From Felis catus (lineage: Eukaryota), in the NCBI RefSeq assembly GCF_018350175.1, contig NC_058368.1, forward strand, positions 103,480,001 through 103,544,000: DNA of 64,000 bases, read 5' to 3'. Made by a program: the position numbers and the translations under genes. Below are positions 60,293 to 64,000 of this stretch, piece after piece. Numbering within the stretch: position 1 is the first letter of the stretch; each line of letters begins with the position of its first letter. The notes below the pieces were generated by a model that saw only the letters and a program-made list of their open reading frames with translations, had not been told where the DNA came from and did not search any database.

Positions 60293-60799
60293 TGCCAGCT
60301 GAGTTTTGAGTAAGGGGAGGATTTTATTAAGTAGCAAGACTGGAAAAAATATTAGACAAAACTATGTAAGTAAATCTGTACTTGTATCCTCAGGTAGGAC
60401 TATTTTAATGAAATTAGGAGTAATTTAGTGCAGTGTGCTGTGGGAGGCAAAGGAAGCATGGGGGAACAGGAAGTTTAAGACCACTGAAATGGTTGAGACT
60501 AATCAAGAAGTTCCTTGACTATTTGACAGTTTCAACTTTACTGTGCAGGCCACTGAGAGTGTTGCAGGGGTGTGAGCAGGAGAATGTCTTGATCTCAAAG
60601 GGAAGACAAGAATATAGAACTTTTTCAATTAAGAAAAAAAAATATATGGTTAAGACTTAAGAAAATATGTTCTCTTTCTGCTTACAAGTAGATTACAATT
60701 AAAGTTTACATTCTTTTTCATGTAGTTGGAAGCAGTTTCTCTAAAGAATAAGTAAAGCTTTCTCAGAGGATATCAATGGTGCTTTTTATAGAATAGTCT

Positions 60800-60895
60800 T
60801 TGTTTTGTTGTTTTTTTCATTTTAAATTCCAGTATAGTTAACATACAATGTTATATTAGTGTCAAGAGTATAATATAGTGATTCCACAATTCTTA
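60800..60895 (-). mobile_element. Very short L1 3' terminus with tail
   Basis: T-rich tail then tagttaacatacaatgttatattagtgtcaagagtataatatagtgattc (reverse L1 3' end); degenerate TSD agaatagtcttt/agagcagtgttt. Confidence 0.7.
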
Positions 60896-62394
60896 CAGAG
60901 CAGTGTTTGAGATGAGGACCCTTGGTTTCTAATCTATTCCTGAAATGTTACCTAGCAAAAAACTATATACACACAAAAGTGCATGGCAAAAGACTTTCCT
61001 GTGCTCAAAACGTGTTTGTCACTTTAGTAGAAGGCATAGGGATCTAGCTCATCAAATGTACCTTCCATGAACTTATCCTTCTTATAAAAATTTATTGGCA
61101 GAAGATGGGAGATGGGATTGGCAGGGGAGCGGAAACTGACAGTTTAAAAAATCGAGACACTTGGCCAAACACTTGGCCCAGGACACCTTATTTTATTAAA
61201 ATAAAATGATTCCACTGTTACCTCTTCTACTGTCAAGAGCCAAGGCATTATACTTTTCTATGTATAAAAAAGTGAACAGGCACACCTAGAGCAAAAAGGT
61301 TAGTGGTGGGGGCGGCTTGAGATGGGATCTGGAGATATCACAGCTAAGGACTTTGAGGAGTGCAGTCCCCCACTTGAAAGGTCTTTAGGAATGGTACATC
61401 TATGTGCTGAATTTCTTACACAAGAGAGGGATTTCGCTAAGTCTGTGTGGATTCCTGAGATTCCTTTTTCCTGAGAGTGGCTAATTTACTTCTTATTTGA
61501 GACACAGTTCTTTTTAAAACCTATACTGATTGCTAATAATGTTATCAGAAAGAGATTTTTAAAAATGAGACATGTATAGATGGCAAATACTACCTTGAAA
61601 AAGATTCATCACTGATTGCTATAAAACCTTCTTGAGCTCACCTCTTTGGGTAGTGAGATTATATTTCTGCAGACGTTTTAACTTCATCATGGGTTTTTAT
61701 CCTCAATACTTTATCTTCCTAGAAATAGGGTGAATTCAGAAACAAAGGTGCTATCACCCCCAATTTACTCTGCTTGGTAAACTGGAGCCTAGATGTTAAG
61801 TAACTTCTAGAAGTCACACAATAATAGAGCCATACAAAGAACTTAAATCTTTTAACGGGAATCCTGTGCTTTCTCATTATATGATGTGTAAGTAGCTGCA
61901 TTTGATTCCTTCAGATAATATCATGTGAACAGTCCTCAGAGAACAGACCTTCTCTGTCTGTCTGGTCCTTCATCTCCCTCCCTGTATGTCAGCCTGAGAT
62001 GGAAAATCAGCCTTTCTGTGTAAGACAAAAATTAGTGTTATTCCTTTAGTCTCTGACTTGGAGCATCAAGTTAAGGTGTCCTACTCCTCTATTCATCATA
62101 TTTGTAAGATGCAGAAGCCATGAGAATGATGGCCTTGCTGGGGAATTATTTCCTTGCAATGATTTTCAACAATGTCAGAGTTTCCCTAAGGGACCGATAA
62201 AGATCAATGAATAAATGTGATGGTGCTCTCGGTTAAGCATTAGTTACTGTGTTTAGGTGTTTTCCCTGGCTCCTCCTGAGGCCACTGAATACCTCTCAAA
62301 GGAAAAAATATGCTCCTGATTTGTCTGCCAGGGCCACTATGAAACAGGCTCACCCACATGTGGTGATTTTTCCTCAAATGATTCCATTCTTCCA

Positions 62395-62473
62395 AAATGT
62401 CTATTTTTGTCTATTATTACACTATCTATTGAGTAAATGTCTATTTTTGTCTATTATAACACTATTATTGAGG
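62395..62473. repeat. 40-bp tandem duplication
   Basis: aaatgtctatttttgtctattat(t/a)acacta(tc/t)tattgag twice. Confidence 0.93.
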
Positions 62474-62721
62474 TAGTTAACATGCTCTATAGTAAGTGTG
62501 GTACAATTCACTACTTCCAGGATTAAGTTGAACAATAATATTTACTTTGGGTTGGACCTAGGCCTGAACCTTGGGAAGTTTTACATTTAATTCACACAAA
62601 TTAACTTTGACGAGGTAACTGGGATGAAAGCTATTTCTAATAACCTTTCAAAGACCATCATTTTGTGCAGTTTGGTTGGAAATGCAGCTAATAAATATTT
62701 TAAAAAAATAAAAGGTGTGTT

Positions 62722-62908
62722 GGGGGGGGGTGGTATCTGGTTGGCTAAGTCCATAGAGCATGCAACTCTCAATCTCGAGATTATGAGTTCGAGCGCCATG
62801 GTGGGCATGGCATATATATATACATATATATACATACATGTGTGTGTGTGGCTGTCATATATATATACGTATATATACACAAATGTATACACAAATACAT
62901 TAATACTA
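62722..62908 (+). mobile_element. Short tRNA-like carnivore SINE with (TA)/(TG) tail
   Basis: tggctaagtccatagagcatgcaactctcaatctcgagattatgagttcgagc; TSD aaaaataaaaggtg on both sides. Confidence 0.82.
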
Positions 62909-63288
62909 AAAAATAAAAGGTGGGATTCTTTTCCTAAAATAAACTTTGTGGCTTACAAGGGCAAAAACAGTCACTGTTTATGTTGGAATGTGTGGCTTAC
63001 AAAATAGGGAGAGTAAAAAATAAGAAACCAGTTATTCATTTATATGATACAGCATAATTAACTTGGATATATAATAGTCATCCTTGAAATCTATGACCTC
63101 AGATTACCAGTTTAAATAAGATGAGGAAAATTTTATAGGAAAGCAACCTAACCAAACATTCTTTCTGTTCTGTGCCCATGCCTCTTCTTTGGGTTTTCTT
63201 ACCTCAATTTATGCTCCATCTGCATTGGGTATTAAGGAAATCTTATTGATAAAGTGTTAAATAGCTGTTAAATCCTATATTTTTGTAT

Positions 63289-63494
63289 TTTTTTAATTTT
63301 TTAATCTTTATTTATTTTTAAGAGACAGAGCATGAGGGGGAGGGGCAGAGAGAGGGGAAGACACAGAATCGAAACAGGCTCCAGGCTGTGAGCTGTCAGC
63401 ACAGAGCCCGACGTGGGGCTCAAACTCATGAAACATGAGATCATGACCTGAGCCAAAGTCAGACGCTTAACCGACTGAGCCACCCAGGCGCCCC
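63289..63494 (-). mobile_element. Can-SINE
   Basis: 13-bp TSD tatatttttgtat at 63276-63288 and 63496-63508. Confidence 0.95.
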
Positions 63495-63759
63495 ATATAT
63501 TTTTGTATCTCTTATGCTGGTTTTGATATCTGTAATTCTAGTTAATGCTTTCAAAAGTAGAAACACTTACTGGTGCAATGACATTTTAAATACCGTAACG
63601 ATTCACTCTCTAGCCAGCACAGGCCTTGGACTGCACTCACTGTCTGGGGCTATTTAGAATTTTCTGAATAACCTTAGACAAATCCTGACTCATTGACCCA
63701 GATAAGCTTCTGAGAATGCTTTATAGTCAGAAGTTGTACTAAGCTTGGAGACGGAAGTG

Positions 63760-63925
63760 CTCTTTCTTTAATGTCACTTATTACACAATGAAATTATCTT
63801 ATTTTTTGACTAATATGTGTCTCTTCCAACTACTGTGTAAACTCCACAGGGGCATCCTAAAAAGTGCCTGCCACAGTAGATGCTTATGAATATCTGCTGA
63901 GTACCAGAAGGGATGAATGAACAAA
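63760..63925 (+). mobile_element. L2 3' end
   Basis: tgtctcttccaactactgtgtaaactccacagggg...agtgcctgccacagtagatgcttatgaatatctgctga...gatgaatgaa. Confidence 0.65.
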
Positions 63926-64000
63926 TAGAAAAAATCTTACAGTATTTCTGAGCTTTCTAAATGAACAAAGAAGAATGAATGGAAAAGGGAAACACAGCTG

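Noticed and set aside
59873..60313. Longest ORF in the track (146 aa)
   Set aside because: The C-terminal half is an antisense SINE read-through; the same peptide recurs at 30632.
62722..62810. Possible tRNA gene
   Set aside because: Degenerate tRNA-derived SINE head with a tail and TSD; no intact cloverleaf evident.
1..64000. CRISPR array, numt, known miRNA, rRNA or processed protein pseudogene
   Set aside because: None recognised by eye; dispersed similar sequences are SINEs. A BLAST/Rfam search would be needed to exclude diverged cases.

Overview
AT-rich mammalian non-coding DNA, almost certainly from a felid (cat family). The basis for this is about 31 tRNA-derived Can-SINEs, several matching the felid SINEC_Fc pattern as I recall it, plus a carnivore/felid-type L1. 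I found no protein-coding exon I can recognise; the long ORFs in the track are decayed L1 ORF1/ORF2, SINE or microsatellite read-throughs. The window holds many LINE-1 fragments (two with large internal deletions, one with a twin-priming-type 5' inversion), at least six solo LTR or LTR remnants, MER20 and Tigger2-like DNA transposons, MIR/L2 relics, microsatellites and a U1 snRNA retrocopy with a compound purine microsatellite tail. Repeat-poor blocks at about 6.9-10.8, 20.3-26.1 and 51.8-52.7 kb are candidate regulatory or lncRNA sequence. The most unusual local structure is a 71-bp dispersed duplication in which one copy carries a ~330-bp palindrome-rich AT insertion. I see no evidence for a new biological system. 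Repeat family names are from recalled consensus sequences and need Dfam/RepeatMasker confirmation.
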